Source of the DNA: a virus | Strand: one strand, 5' to 3' | DNA length: 64,000 bases | Virus record (IMG/VR): IMGVR_UViG_3300033153_010718 | Coordinates: 1 to 64,000 of that record | Shown here: piece by piece, positions 52,640-60,619 of the stretch | Layout: each line of letters opens with the position of its first letter | Numbering within the stretch: position 1 is the stretch's first letter | The notes under the pieces: generated by a model | Seen by the model: only the letters and a program-made list of their open reading frames with translations | Databases searched by the model: none | What the model was told of the DNA's origin: nothing | Translations under genes and position numbers: made by a program

Positions 52640-53617
52640 ATGAGCTTCGTGCTGCAAGGCATCGACTTCGGGCCAGTCCACTGCGCCTCGGGCGCCCAGG
52701 GCTGGTTCGGCGAGGGCTACTGGTTCCACCGGTGGGTTCCCGGCCTCGACTGGACGAACTGCGCATTCGTCGCCAAGACGACGACCCTCGCCGCGTGCGC
52801 GGGGAACATGCCGCTCGCGCACGTGCCGCCGCCCTCGCGCTACTACGAGCCGCGGGAGCTGTTCCCCAAGTGCATCGTGGTCAAGCTCCTCCGCGGCGTC
52901 ATCCTCAATTCCGTGGGCCTGTCTGGACCCGGAGCGTACGCCCTGTTCGAGACGGGGCGGTGGCAGAAGCGCACCGAACCGTTCTTCCTGAGCTTCATGT
53001 CCGTCGCCGATTCGGCTGAGGAGCGCTACAACGAGGCCGCCGCGTTCGCCATAATGCTGGAGATCCGCCGCCCTTGGTTCGCGGCCCCGTTCGGGCTCCA
53101 GGTCAACCTCTCCTGTCCCAACGCCGGCCATGCGCCAGCTGAGATCGCGGCCGAGGCCGAGAGCATCCTCGGCGTCTTCCAGCAGCTCCGCGCGTCCGGC
53201 GTCCCCATCGTTCCCAAGTTCAACGTGCTGTCCTCGCCAGACGCCGTGCAGCGCCTCCAAGGACTCTGCGATGCGGTCTGCGTGAGCAACACGATCCCGT
53301 GGGGCATGCTGCCCGAACGGATCCGCTGGTCGAGCCTCTTTCCGGGAAGTCAGATCTTCGGCTCGCCGCTCGCGCACCTGGGCGGCGGCGGGCTCTCCGG
53401 CCGTCCGCTGCTACCGCTCGTTGCCGAGTGGGTGCGGGAAGCCAAGCGGGCCGGCCTTGTAGTCCCGGTCAGCGCTGGCGGCGGCATTCTGCACCCGATG
53501 GACGTGGACTTCCTGGTCAACGCTGGCGCCGACAGCGTCTTCCTGGGGTCGATCGCGATGCTGCGCGGCTGGAGACTGTCGCGAACGATCCAACGCGCAC
53601 ACGAAAGGTTGACATGA
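52640..53617 (+). CDS. pyrD: dihydroorotate dehydrogenase-like FMN enzyme (class 1)
   Basis: ASG, KTTT, NSVGL.GPG, VNLSCPN, VSNTI, GGLSG, AGGGI motifs. Confidence 0.85.
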   Translation: MSFVLQGIDFGPVHCASGAQGWFGEGYWFHRWVPGLDWTNCAFVAKTTTLAACAGNMPLAHVPPPSRYYEPRELFPKCIVVKLLRGVILNSVGLSGPGAYALFETGRWQKRTEPFFLSFMSVADSAEERYNEAAAFAIMLEIRRPWFAAPFGLQVNLSCPNAGHAPAEIAAEAESILGVFQQLRASGVPIVPKFNVLSSPDAVQRLQGLCDAVCVSNTIPWGMLPERIRWSSLFPGSQIFGSPLAHLGGGGLSGRPLLPLVAEWVREAKRAGLVVPVSAGGGILHPMDVDFLVNAGADSVFLGSIAMLRGWRLSRTIQRAHERLT

Positions 53618-53838
53618 GTCTCAAGAGACACGAGCTGTCCGTGATCGCCGACCTCCTGGAGTTCGCGTCCGGCGACTTCTGCTCGAAGGGCTGTTCCGAC
53701 TACCTCATCGAGTCGAAAGCCGAGAAGCTGGTGGCCCGCGACATGGGCCAGGCCGGCGAGGACATCCTGCTCGGCGAGGACATCGCCGATCACCTGGAGA
53801 AGCGGGTCAGGCGGGAGCTGAAGAAGGCGAAGACATGA
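53614..53838 (+). CDS. hypothetical protein
   Basis: ATGA overlap. Confidence 0.65.
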   Translation: MSLKRHELSVIADLLEFASGDFCSKGCSDYLIESKAEKLVARDMGQAGEDILLGEDIADHLEKRVRRELKKAKT

Positions 53839-53985
53839 ACGGCTCCAATCTGCGGCACTGGCTCGGCGACCTGAACAACGAATTCATGCCGGTCGTCGTG
53901 CGCGTCGGCGACAAGAACATCGCGGTCGTGGACGCCAAGGAAGAGGGCGGGAAGATCATCCTGCTCGTCAAGCCGGAGGACCCCG

Positions 53986-54312
53986 ATGCCTGACCCCGAC
54001 GGACTGCCCCCCGAGCTGCTCGCCCAAATCGAGGCCAACTGCGAGGCCGAGACCGTGATCCACAGGATTCGCGTCATCCTGGGCAGTACGACCCGCCCGG
54101 GGTGCTTCGGCGGCCTGCCCGCCCCCGGCATGGACTACTCCGAGGCCCTGGCGAAGATCCGAGCCCTCTTCCCGGCCGCCCGCACCCCGCTTGAGGCTTA
54201 CCTGCGGCGCGCGCTCCTGCCGGGCAAGTGCGCGGAGTGCGGCGAGGAGCGCTTCAGGACAGCCGAAGGCGCGATCTGTGCCCTCGGGCACGAGGACACC
54301 GGACCGACGTGA
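53986..54312 (+). CDS. hypothetical protein with C-terminal Zn ribbon
   Basis: CAEC...CALGH; GGAGG RBS. Confidence 0.65.
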   Translation: MPDPDGLPPELLAQIEANCEAETVIHRIRVILGSTTRPGCFGGLPAPGMDYSEALAKIRALFPAARTPLEAYLRRALLPGKCAECGEERFRTAEGAICALGHEDTGPT

Positions 54313-54971
54313 GCGACGACGAGCTGCGCGAGGCCGAGCGTCACCGCAACGACAACCAGGCGCGGTACCTCAAGGCTCGCCTCCGCGCCGGCACCCTGAC
54401 GCGCGGCCAGCTGGCCATCGCCGCCTACGTCGGCCACGAGCCCGCGGGCGAGGTCATCGGCGAGATGCCGGACCGGTCGCTGCCGCAGAGCGCCACCAAG
54501 TGGCATCCGACCTCGCGCTTCCACGCGTTCGTGAAAGACCTTCCCGCGCCGGCAGCGCTGACCGCCGCCATCGCCGCGGCGCGCGCCGTCCAGCTCGCGA
54601 CCTGCTTCGAGCACCGGCGCGACTGCACGCGCTCGCGCTGCGTCCCGATCCGCGCCGTCATCGATGCCGCAACGCGTTATCGCGACGACCAGACGGACGA
54701 TGCCCAGACCGAGTGGGACACGGTGTGCACGGACATCGGCAACGACATGGCCCTGTGGCTGCCCGTGCCCTATTGCACCGAGAAGCTCTACCGGGCGAAC
54801 GTCCTGACGGCCTGCGATGAGGCCGGGGTCTACCCGGTCCGCCGCGAGGTGTGCCGCCAGATCATCGAGTGGGTGCTGGGTGACCCCGGACCGTGCCGCC
54901 AGGCGGTCAGGTGGGCGCTGCATGGTGTCCCTGAGCCACACACGGCCGTCAGGAGCGACGATCCTGTCTAA
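54309..54971 (+). CDS. hypothetical protein
   Basis: GTGA overlap; last gene of the plus-strand array. Confidence 0.68.
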   Translation: MSDDELREAERHRNDNQARYLKARLRAGTLTRGQLAIAAYVGHEPAGEVIGEMPDRSLPQSATKWHPTSRFHAFVKDLPAPAALTAAIAAARAVQLATCFEHRRDCTRSRCVPIRAVIDAATRYRDDQTDDAQTEWDTVCTDIGNDMALWLPVPYCTEKLYRANVLTACDEAGVYPVRREVCRQIIEWVLGDPGPCRQAVRWALHGVPEPHTAVRSDDPV

Positions 54972-55213
54972 GTCGGCCGCCTGACCCCGGTCGGCGGGGT
55001 CAGGGCATCCGATCCCCTAACTCCAGTCGGCGGCGCAGGGGGCTCCAGGGCTCGGCGACGGTACGGAAAGACCAGCAGCTCCTGGATCTCGCCCGGAACA
55101 GCGGACAGGATAATCGAGACGCCTTCCCGGCCGCCCTCGTGGCAGCGCACCACGGCTTCCGCCGGCAGCTTCGAGAGAGTATCACCTTCGTGCGCGCGCC
55201 CGTAGACTTCCAC
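54968..55213 (-). CDS. hypothetical protein (start uncertain)
   Basis: GGATAGAAT-N7-GTG variant upstream. Confidence 0.4.
   Translation of the reverse strand: MEVYGRAHEGDTLSKLPAEAVVRCHEGGREGVSIILSAVPGEIQELLVFPYRRRALEPPAPPTGVRGSDALTPPTGVRRPT
54980..55004. terminator. perfect 10-bp hairpin at an operon convergence point
   Basis: CCTGACCCCG-GTCGG-CGGGGTCAGG. Confidence 0.65.
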
Positions 55214-55223
55214 AGGCCCGATT

Positions 55224-55577
55224 CTATCCGACGTGTGCCGCCGACCCGGACACCGGATTTTGAGGAAGCGCGGCGATGTACGTCTGCAGCGCCTCCAGCA
55301 GGTCGCCGTCCCTGGTGCAGGGGACCATGAGGTACTGCTCCGCGCCGAGGCCCTCGGCCTCGCGGCAGGTGTCGCAAAGGAAAGCGCCCAGCCGGAGCGG
55401 GAACTTCCTCGGGTACTTGAAGCCCGGCTTCCAGAGCACGAGCACCCCGAGCCGGATCTCGTCCATCTCGGCTTCGCAGATGTTGCAGTAGGGCAGTTCA
55501 AGCTCGACGCCGCCTTGGCCTTTGACCGTGCGCGTCTTGATGGGGTGCGATCCGTCTCGTGCGAACGCTCGTGCCAT
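55224..55577 (-). CDS. Zn-binding hypothetical protein
   Basis: CNIC...CDTC; GGGGAGG RBS. Confidence 0.7.
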   Translation of the reverse strand: MARAFARDGSHPIKTRTVKGQGGVELELPYCNICEAEMDEIRLGVLVLWKPGFKYPRKFPLRLGAFLCDTCREAEGLGAEQYLMVPCTRDGDLLEALQTYIAALPQNPVSGSAAHVG

Positions 55578-55592
55578 GATTCCTCCCCGCAG

Positions 55593-55850
55593 CTACAGCA
55601 TAGCCGAGATGTTCTTGGCGGCCGACGCGATCTCGCTGAGAGCGACCTCGCGCGCCTTCCAACGCGCGACACGCCCGGCCGCTTCCCCGTCAGGATCGCC
55701 GAGGGCGGCCAGCTGGTCCACGGCAGACGGCTCGTACGGCTCGAAACAGCTCGACTGGCGCAACGCCTTCCTGTGCTTCGCGCTGTCCATCATCGGCTTG
55801 ATGCTCATGAGCACGTTCCACAGGCCCGACATCAGCCGCAGCAGCGTCAC
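55593..55850 (-). CDS. paralog 1 of EPSAVDxLAAL-D-G-AA...W trio
   Basis: EPSAVDQLAALGDPDGEAAGRVARW. Confidence 0.72.
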   Translation of the reverse strand: MTLLRLMSGLWNVLMSIKPMMDSAKHRKALRQSSCFEPYEPSAVDQLAALGDPDGEAAGRVARWKAREVALSEIASAAKNISAML

Positions 55851-56167
55851 TCGTCACCGCCGAAGCCGCCCATGAAACTGATCGACCATCGCATCTCCTC
55901 CTGGTGCTCGTCCCACAGCTTGATGTTCTCGGCCGCGGCCCCGTCGGGATCGACCAGCGCGGCCAAGCGATCGACCGCGGACGGCTCCCGAGCCGCGAAC
56001 ATCGCCCGTCTGTGGGCCGCCTTCGCCGCCCGTTCCGCCTTCCGCGCCTTCCGCTCGTCGCGGATGGCCTTCCGCCGGTCGTACTCGGCCTTCTGCGCCG
56101 CCGATCTCGCCTTCGCCGACCGCGACTTGGGCGTCTTGGTCGCTTGCCGGCGCGATCGGCCTCTCAC
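55847..56167 (-). CDS. paralog 2 of trio; basic coiled-coil N-terminus
   Basis: EPSAVDRLAALVDPDGAAAENIKLW. Confidence 0.72.
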   Translation of the reverse strand: MRGRSRRQATKTPKSRSAKARSAAQKAEYDRRKAIRDERKARKAERAAKAAHRRAMFAAREPSAVDRLAALVDPDGAAAENIKLWDEHQEEMRWSISFMGGFGGDE

Positions 56168-56355
56168 GACAGCCACCCATCGAACCACCGGGCGCGGTCC
56201 GAAGCCTCCGCAGCCTGGTACTCCTCCCAGCGCGCGACTTTCTTGGCAGCCGCGCCGCAGGAATCCTCCAGAGCGGCCAGCCGGTCAACCGCGGAAGGCT
56301 CGGGCACCGGCCGCGAGAGAATCCTGTCGTCGTCGTAGATCTTGTCGTCGATCAC
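56164..56355 (-). CDS. paralog 3 of trio
   Basis: EPSAVDRLAALEDSCGAAAKKVARW. Confidence 0.72.
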   Translation of the reverse strand: MIDDKIYDDDRILSRPVPEPSAVDRLAALEDSCGAAAKKVARWEEYQAAEASDRARWFDGWLS

Positions 56356-56561
56356 GGCAGGTTGTCGTCCAGGATCTGCACAGCAGCGCTGACCGTCGCC
56401 GTAGCCTGCGCCTTCGCCTTGCCGATGCCGGCCTGCAGAACCGTGCGCGCCGCTCGCATCGCCGTGTGCGCCTTGGTCAGCTCCAGCGCGAGCATCTGCT
56501 CGCCGTCGCCGTCCCGCACGATGGAATTCATGAGCCCCGCGTCGGCCTTCTTCGCGGTCAT
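56352..56561 (-). CDS. hypothetical protein
   Basis: ATGA overlap. Confidence 0.62.
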   Translation of the reverse strand: MTAKKADAGLMNSIVRDGDGEQMLALELTKAHTAMRAARTVLQAGIGKAKAQATATVSAAVQILDDNLP

Positions 56562-56869
56562 CGTTCCCCGAGCGCCTTCAGCGCCTTTCGGATCCTGGTG
56601 TCCCCGCTCATGGTCATGTCGCACGTGAACTGGAACCGGCCGGTGGGGAGAAAGTGGGCCGACCACGTCCCGTGCCGCGGACTGCCGTCTACTCGAACGC
56701 CGCCGCGGATCGTGGCGAACGCCTCTACGCCGTCCTCGTACTTGAGACCGTCGAGGAATTTGAGCGCCCTCTTGATGCTCGACTTGGCCACCGCGCCCCA
56801 CTCGAACACGGGCTCCTGCAACGCCGTCTCAAGCTCGGCCATGACCGCGTCTACGCTGCGCCTGGTCAT
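56558..56869 (-). CDS. hypothetical protein
   Basis: ATGA overlap. Confidence 0.65.
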   Translation of the reverse strand: MTRRSVDAVMAELETALQEPVFEWGAVAKSSIKRALKFLDGLKYEDGVEAFATIRGGVRVDGSPRHGTWSAHFLPTGRFQFTCDMTMSGDTRIRKALKALGER

Positions 56870-57243
56870 TCGAGGCGCAGCTCGATCAGCGGGTGCTCGC
56901 GGATGATGTTCACCAGCCAGTCGAAGACCGTCGGTCCAATCCTGGCCTCTGCCGCCGCCAGATCGTGGCTCACCGCCGACCGCGACCCCGGGTGACACCG
57001 CCGCAGCCGCAGCTTGAGGCGCCACACGGTCTCCTCGTAGCCCAACCGCTTGGCCGATTCGATGGCGTTCTTCCACACGAGCACGAAACCGCCGGACGGC
57101 GTGCCCCATTCACCCCGCAGGACATCGTTGAACGCGTCGAGGTTGCGGCCCCACGCGGCAGGCTCGATCTCCAGCACGCGCTCGATCTCGTCGTAGAAGC
57201 CGTTGAGGCCCTGGAACCGTGCGCCGTCGATCTCGTACACCAT
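56866..57243 (-). CDS. barstar-family (ribonuclease inhibitor) protein
   Basis: YEIDG.RF..L..FY.EI...L....WGRNLDAFNDVLRG...LVWKN. Confidence 0.85.
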   Translation of the reverse strand: MVYEIDGARFQGLNGFYDEIERVLEIEPAAWGRNLDAFNDVLRGEWGTPSGGFVLVWKNAIESAKRLGYEETVWRLKLRLRRCHPGSRSAVSHDLAAAEARIGPTVFDWLVNIIREHPLIELRLE

Positions 57244-57271
57244 CAGTCGCTCCAGCGTTGTTGGGCCATGC

Positions 57272-57457
57272 CTACCCTCCCGCCTCCTCAACCTCTGCCG
57301 TGTTCATGCCAAACGCCTCGGCAATCACGATCGCGCCCTGACGAGCAAAGTGCCCCGCCCGGTCCGCCGCGTCACAGTGCACGGACGTTAGTAGGAACAA
57401 AGTGGCGTCAATGAGGGCCTCGGCCTGATCACGCGACAGCTCCACGTGCTTGCTCAT
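57272..57457 (-). CDS. hypothetical protein
   Basis: coupled small ORF. Confidence 0.55.
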   Translation of the reverse strand: MSKHVELSRDQAEALIDATLFLLTSVHCDAADRAGHFARQGAIVIAEAFGMNTAEVEEAGG

Positions 57458-57458
57458 C

Positions 57459-57938
57459 TCAGTCGCTCCATCGCTTGCCGCAGTCGAGGCAGAGGAGGTG
57501 CTCGACAGACCCTTGGCTCCAGCCGGTCGTCTCGCGGTTGAGGTGCCGGCAGCGCGCCTGCACGTCGCGCGTCGCGAGCTGCTCGGGCAAGCCGCGCATC
57601 GGTGTCAGGAGATCGTGCCGCCACAGATGCGGCCAGCCCAGTGACGAGCGCTCGCTGGAGAAGCTCATGGTCACGATCTCACCGTCGGGCCGCTCCAGGC
57701 TCCAGCTCTCGCTCTCCCAGACCACGTGATAGCGCCAGTGGTTGCGCGACTCGCTCTCGGCCTGACCGTAGTTGACGCCTCCCACGACACCTACGACACA
57801 CACCCCGGAACCGCGCCACGGGTTCGGATCGTCGCTCTCGCGGAAGCGCTCCATCGTCATGGCCACGACGGTCACCGGCTCGATGGGGATCTCGGGCGGC
57901 AGCGGCAGCGTGGGGTGCAGTTGGTGCGGCACCGTCAC
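57459..57938 (-). CDS. hypothetical protein, paralog of 59011-59460
   Basis: shared GVNYG.AE.E.RN.WRY.VVW...RPDGE..TM.FSSE...GWPH.WRHD.L..MRGLP. Confidence 0.75.
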   Translation of the reverse strand: MTVPHQLHPTLPLPPEIPIEPVTVVAMTMERFRESDDPNPWRGSGVCVVGVVGGVNYGQAESESRNHWRYHVVWESESWSLERPDGEIVTMSFSSERSSLGWPHLWRHDLLTPMRGLPEQLATRDVQARCRHLNRETTGWSQGSVEHLLCLDCGKRWSD

Positions 57939-58581
57939 CGCGGTCCGCTCGTCGTCGTAGCCAACCCAGCCGCTCGATCGCGCTAGCGCTCTCGGCGATG
58001 TACTCGGCGTTGTCGAAGGTGAGGAACCCCGAGTCCACGCCCGAGTAGTGCCGCGCCGCGACCTCCTCCCCCGTCAGCCGCCTGGGCCCGGCCGGCTCGG
58101 GGCCGTAGATGAGCAGCGTGTTGGCCCGGTTCGGCGCGTGAGCGATCAGCTCCCGCCGACCGAGGCACTCGAAGAGGCCGGGCCACCCGCACGCCGACCC
58201 GTCGGTGTTCTGCCCCAGGTAGATGACGACCTCGGCGCGGTCCAGGATCCCCAGCAGCCCAGGCATCGGGCGGTTGGCTGGCCAGCTGAGGAACGCGACG
58301 CTGGGCACGGGACCGTCGTAGTGCTCGAAGTAGCTCTGGACGAACTGAATCTTGTCGGGCACGGGATTGCTCCCTACCAGCCAGACGGCCCCGCCTTCGA
58401 GATCAACGTCGAGGCGTTCCGGCGGATTGCGGTCCACCGCGATGACGCGCCCAACGTCGCAGTGCGCCACGAGGAACTTCGACCAGCCCAGGTCCCCGCA
58501 TCCCAGGTCGATCACCTCGCAACCGCGCACCGCCACCTTCACGTGGTCCCGCTGATAGGCGCTCAAGCGGCCGTAGGTCAT
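57679..58581 (-). CDS. class I SAM-dependent methyltransferase-like protein (internal SAIERLGWL; 3' end overlaps next gene)
   Basis: VIDLGCGD...IAVD; FLSWP. Confidence 0.7.
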   Translation of the reverse strand: MTYGRLSAYQRDHVKVAVRGCEVIDLGCGDLGWSKFLVAHCDVGRVIAVDRNPPERLDVDLEGGAVWLVGSNPVPDKIQFVQSYFEHYDGPVPSVAFLSWPANRPMPGLLGILDRAEVVIYLGQNTDGSACGWPGLFECLGRRELIAHAPNRANTLLIYGPEPAGPRRLTGEEVAARHYSGVDSGFLTFDNAEYIAESASAIERLGWLRRRADRGDGAAPTAPHAAAAARDPHRAGDRRGHDDGALPRERRSEPVARFRGVCRRCRGRRQLRSGRERVAQPLALSRGLGERELEPGAARR

Positions 58582-58799
58582 GGCGCGCGGTCCGAGCCTT
58601 TTCGGTAAGGCCCGGGGTGCTGGTCGTAGCGGTCGCGCACGCGAAGGCCGTCCGCCTCGCTCGCCTTCATGGAGTCGAACCGCAGGCCGCTCATGCCGTG
58701 CTCGCCGTGGCAACGGAAAGCCACGCCAGACTCGGTAACGGTCACGCGAACGGCGGGTCCTCCACAGTAAGGGCAGTCTACGTTCATGCGCTTGGCCAT
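58578..58799 (-). CDS. Zn-ribbon protein
   Basis: CPYCGG...CH. Confidence 0.62.
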   Translation of the reverse strand: MAKRMNVDCPYCGGPAVRVTVTESGVAFRCHGEHGMSGLRFDSMKASEADGLRVRDRYDQHPGPYRKGSDRAP

Positions 58800-59014
58800 C
58801 ACGCCTCCGGGTGCACGCGGCAGTGAACCCGCTTCTTCAGGAGCTTCTTGCACGTCTTGCAGGTGACCTTCTTCGCGTCCCGCGTCGCGTTGCCCTCGCG
58901 CTTGATCTTCCGAGCCCGATCTCCCGAGCAGCACGCCGCCCAGCCGCCGATGATGTGCGTCGTCGAGCGCACCGCGGCGTAACAGATCGCGCCGGAGTAG
59001 TGGATTGCGCTCAC
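58799..59014 (-). CDS. Cys-rich basic protein
   Basis: ACC...VTCKTC. Confidence 0.62.
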   Translation of the reverse strand: MSAIHYSGAICYAAVRSTTHIIGGWAACCSGDRARKIKREGNATRDAKKVTCKTCKKLLKKRVHCRVHPEA

Positions 59015-59460
59015 GCCTGCGCCGCCCCCGGCAACCCCCGCATGACCACCAGCATGTCGTGCCGCCACGGATGCGGCCAGCCCGGCAGCCCAGGCTCGCT
59101 GGAGAAAGCCATCGTGATGACCTCGCCGTCCGGCCGCGTCATCTCCCAGCCCTCGAACTGCCAGACCACGCGGTACCGCCAGTAGTTCCTCGGCTCGCCC
59201 TCGGCCCTGCCGTAGTTGACGCCGGCCACGACGCCCACCGCCGACACGCCGGAGTCCCGCCACAGTTCGCGGCTCTCGTCGTCGTGCTGGAAGTAGAGCG
59301 CCATCGGCATGGCCACCGTAGCCCCCGGCGGAATCGGCACCTCGGGCGGCAGCTGAGCAGTCACCGCATGCGGGTGCGGGCACGCAGCCCGCTCCGCGTC
59401 GTATTGCCGCAGCGCGTTGATCACGGCGGAACTCAAACCAGGTTCGTCTTCGTATTTCAT
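59011..59460 (-). CDS. hypothetical protein, paralog of 57459-57938; leaderless
   Basis: shared motifs; promoter motif 6 nt upstream. Confidence 0.75.
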   Translation of the reverse strand: MKYEDEPGLSSAVINALRQYDAERAACPHPHAVTAQLPPEVPIPPGATVAMPMALYFQHDDESRELWRDSGVSAVGVVAGVNYGRAEGEPRNYWRYRVVWQFEGWEMTRPDGEVITMAFSSEPGLPGWPHPWRHDMLVVMRGLPGAAQA

Positions 59461-59669
59461 GTCTCTGTTCTACCCAGCTCTGCCAACGCGAGCACCGCAG
59501 GCTGCTCGATGTAGCAGCCGTCGGCGTGACGACTCAGGCGATGGCCCTCGCACGTGTGCCACGCCCAGACCTCGCCGTCGCCTCCCAAGATCAGCTCGCC
59601 CCAGCACGGCCTGCCCGAAGCACCGCGGTCGCTGAGCGTGCTTACCCAGCACTCGGGCTGCTCAGGCAT
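59457..59669 (-). CDS. C/PCWG/CEGH family member 1 (PAVLALAELG)
   Basis: family motifs. Confidence 0.75.
   Translation of the reverse strand: MPEQPECWVSTLSDRGASGRPCWGELILGGDGEVWAWHTCEGHRLSRHADGCYIEQPAVLALAELGRTET
59467..59475 (-). promoter_or_regulatory. GGGTAGAAC-N6-ATG leaderless promoter element
   Basis: exact 6-nt spacing. Confidence 0.78.
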
Positions 59670-59898
59670 CAGCCAACTCCGCAAGCGCGAGGACAGCAGG
59701 CTGTTCGACGTAGACCTGCTGGTCGTAGAGCAGCCGGTGACCCTCGCACGCGTAGACCGCGTGCGAGGAGAAGGGCTTCCCCGACTTCCAGTTCGTCCTG
59801 ATCGTCGCTGCGACCTTCACCACTCCCCAGCACGGTCCGCCGAGCTGCCCGCTGACCAGCGAGTTGTCCACGTCCCTCGTCCAGCACTTCTCAGTCAT
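59662..59898 (-). CDS. C/PCWG/CEGH family member 2 (PAVLALAELA)
   Basis: family motifs. Confidence 0.75.
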   Translation of the reverse strand: MTEKCWTRDVDNSLVSGQLGGPCWGVVKVAATIRTNWKSGKPFSSHAVYACEGHRLLYDQQVYVEQPAVLALAELADA

Positions 59899-60094
59899 CG
59901 ACAAGATCCGACAGCGCGATGACGGCCGGCTTCTCGACGTAGGGTCCGCCGCTGTAGACCAGCCGATGGCCCTCGCACGCGTAGATCGGATCGAGAGCTT
60001 CGACGATGAGGATGCGGCGAGCCTCCCCGATCGCGCCCCAGCACGCCCCCAGCTTGTCATCAGCCGCCCGGCACCCGCGCCCCGGCTCAGTCAC
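59891..60094 (-). CDS. C/ACWG/CEGH family member 3 (PAVIALSDLV)
   Basis: family motifs. Confidence 0.75.
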   Translation of the reverse strand: MTEPGRGCRAADDKLGACWGAIGEARRILIVEALDPIYACEGHRLVYSGGPYVEKPAVIALSDLVDD

Positions 60095-60284
60095 GGGCTA
60101 GCTCCGCGAGAGCGAGCACAGCCGGCTGTTTGATGTAGTCGTCGCCGCGCCACGTGTTCCGGTGACCCTCGCACGCGCAGAGAACCTCCTCGTCGAGCCG
60201 GACCGGATCCACGCGTGTCACCGCGCCCCAGCACGGCCCCCCGTAGCGGCCCCCGTACACGCAGCACTCGGGCTTCTCAGGCAT
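60087..60284 (-). CDS. C/PCWG/CEGH family member 4 (PAVLALAELA)
   Basis: family motifs. Confidence 0.75.
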   Translation of the reverse strand: MPEKPECCVYGGRYGGPCWGAVTRVDPVRLDEEVLCACEGHRNTWRGDDYIKQPAVLALAELARD

Positions 60285-60594
60285 CAGCCAGCTCGGCCAA
60301 AGCCACGACCGCGGGCTTCTCGATGTAGGCGCCCTGCTCGTAGAACAGCTGGTGCCCCTCGCACGCGTAGATCTCGTGCGCGACGTCGCGATCCCCCTCC
60401 TCGTAGTCGCAGTAGGGCTCCGAGACCAGTCGATCGATCTTGACCGTAGCCACGCACCGCGTCGCGCCCCAACACGGCCCACCGATCACGGTCAGGTCCA
60501 GGTCCCGGTCCGACCAAGCGCACTCCGGCGCGCAAGGCTCGCGGTGGACAGCGTAGAGGTCAGGCCATTTTGGGTATTTTGCCAGCCCTTCCAC
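60277..60594 (-). CDS. C/PCWG/CEGH family member 5 (PAVVALAELA); start uncertain
   Basis: family motifs; GGGAGG RBS. Confidence 0.72.
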   Translation of the reverse strand: MEGLAKYPKWPDLYAVHREPCAPECAWSDRDLDLTVIGGPCWGATRCVATVKIDRLVSEPYCDYEEGDRDVAHEIYACEGHQLFYEQGAYIEKPAVVALAELADA

Positions 60595-60619
60595 ACCGCC
60601 CTCCCGCGTTACAGAACCG

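Noticed and set aside
35461-60594. Integron-like cassette array, or DNA repeat/DGR, as the origin of the shared tag
   Set aside because: Genes overlap by 1-11 nt with no room for attC sites, motif codons are synonymously diverse, and there is no integrase or reverse transcriptase in the window.
35461-60594. ssrA-like C-terminal degron reading of the tag
   Set aside because: Terminal residues are variable (DDD, EP, RTAS, VVP), and the motif also occurs internally and N-terminally; a non-terminal adaptor-binding degron is not excluded.
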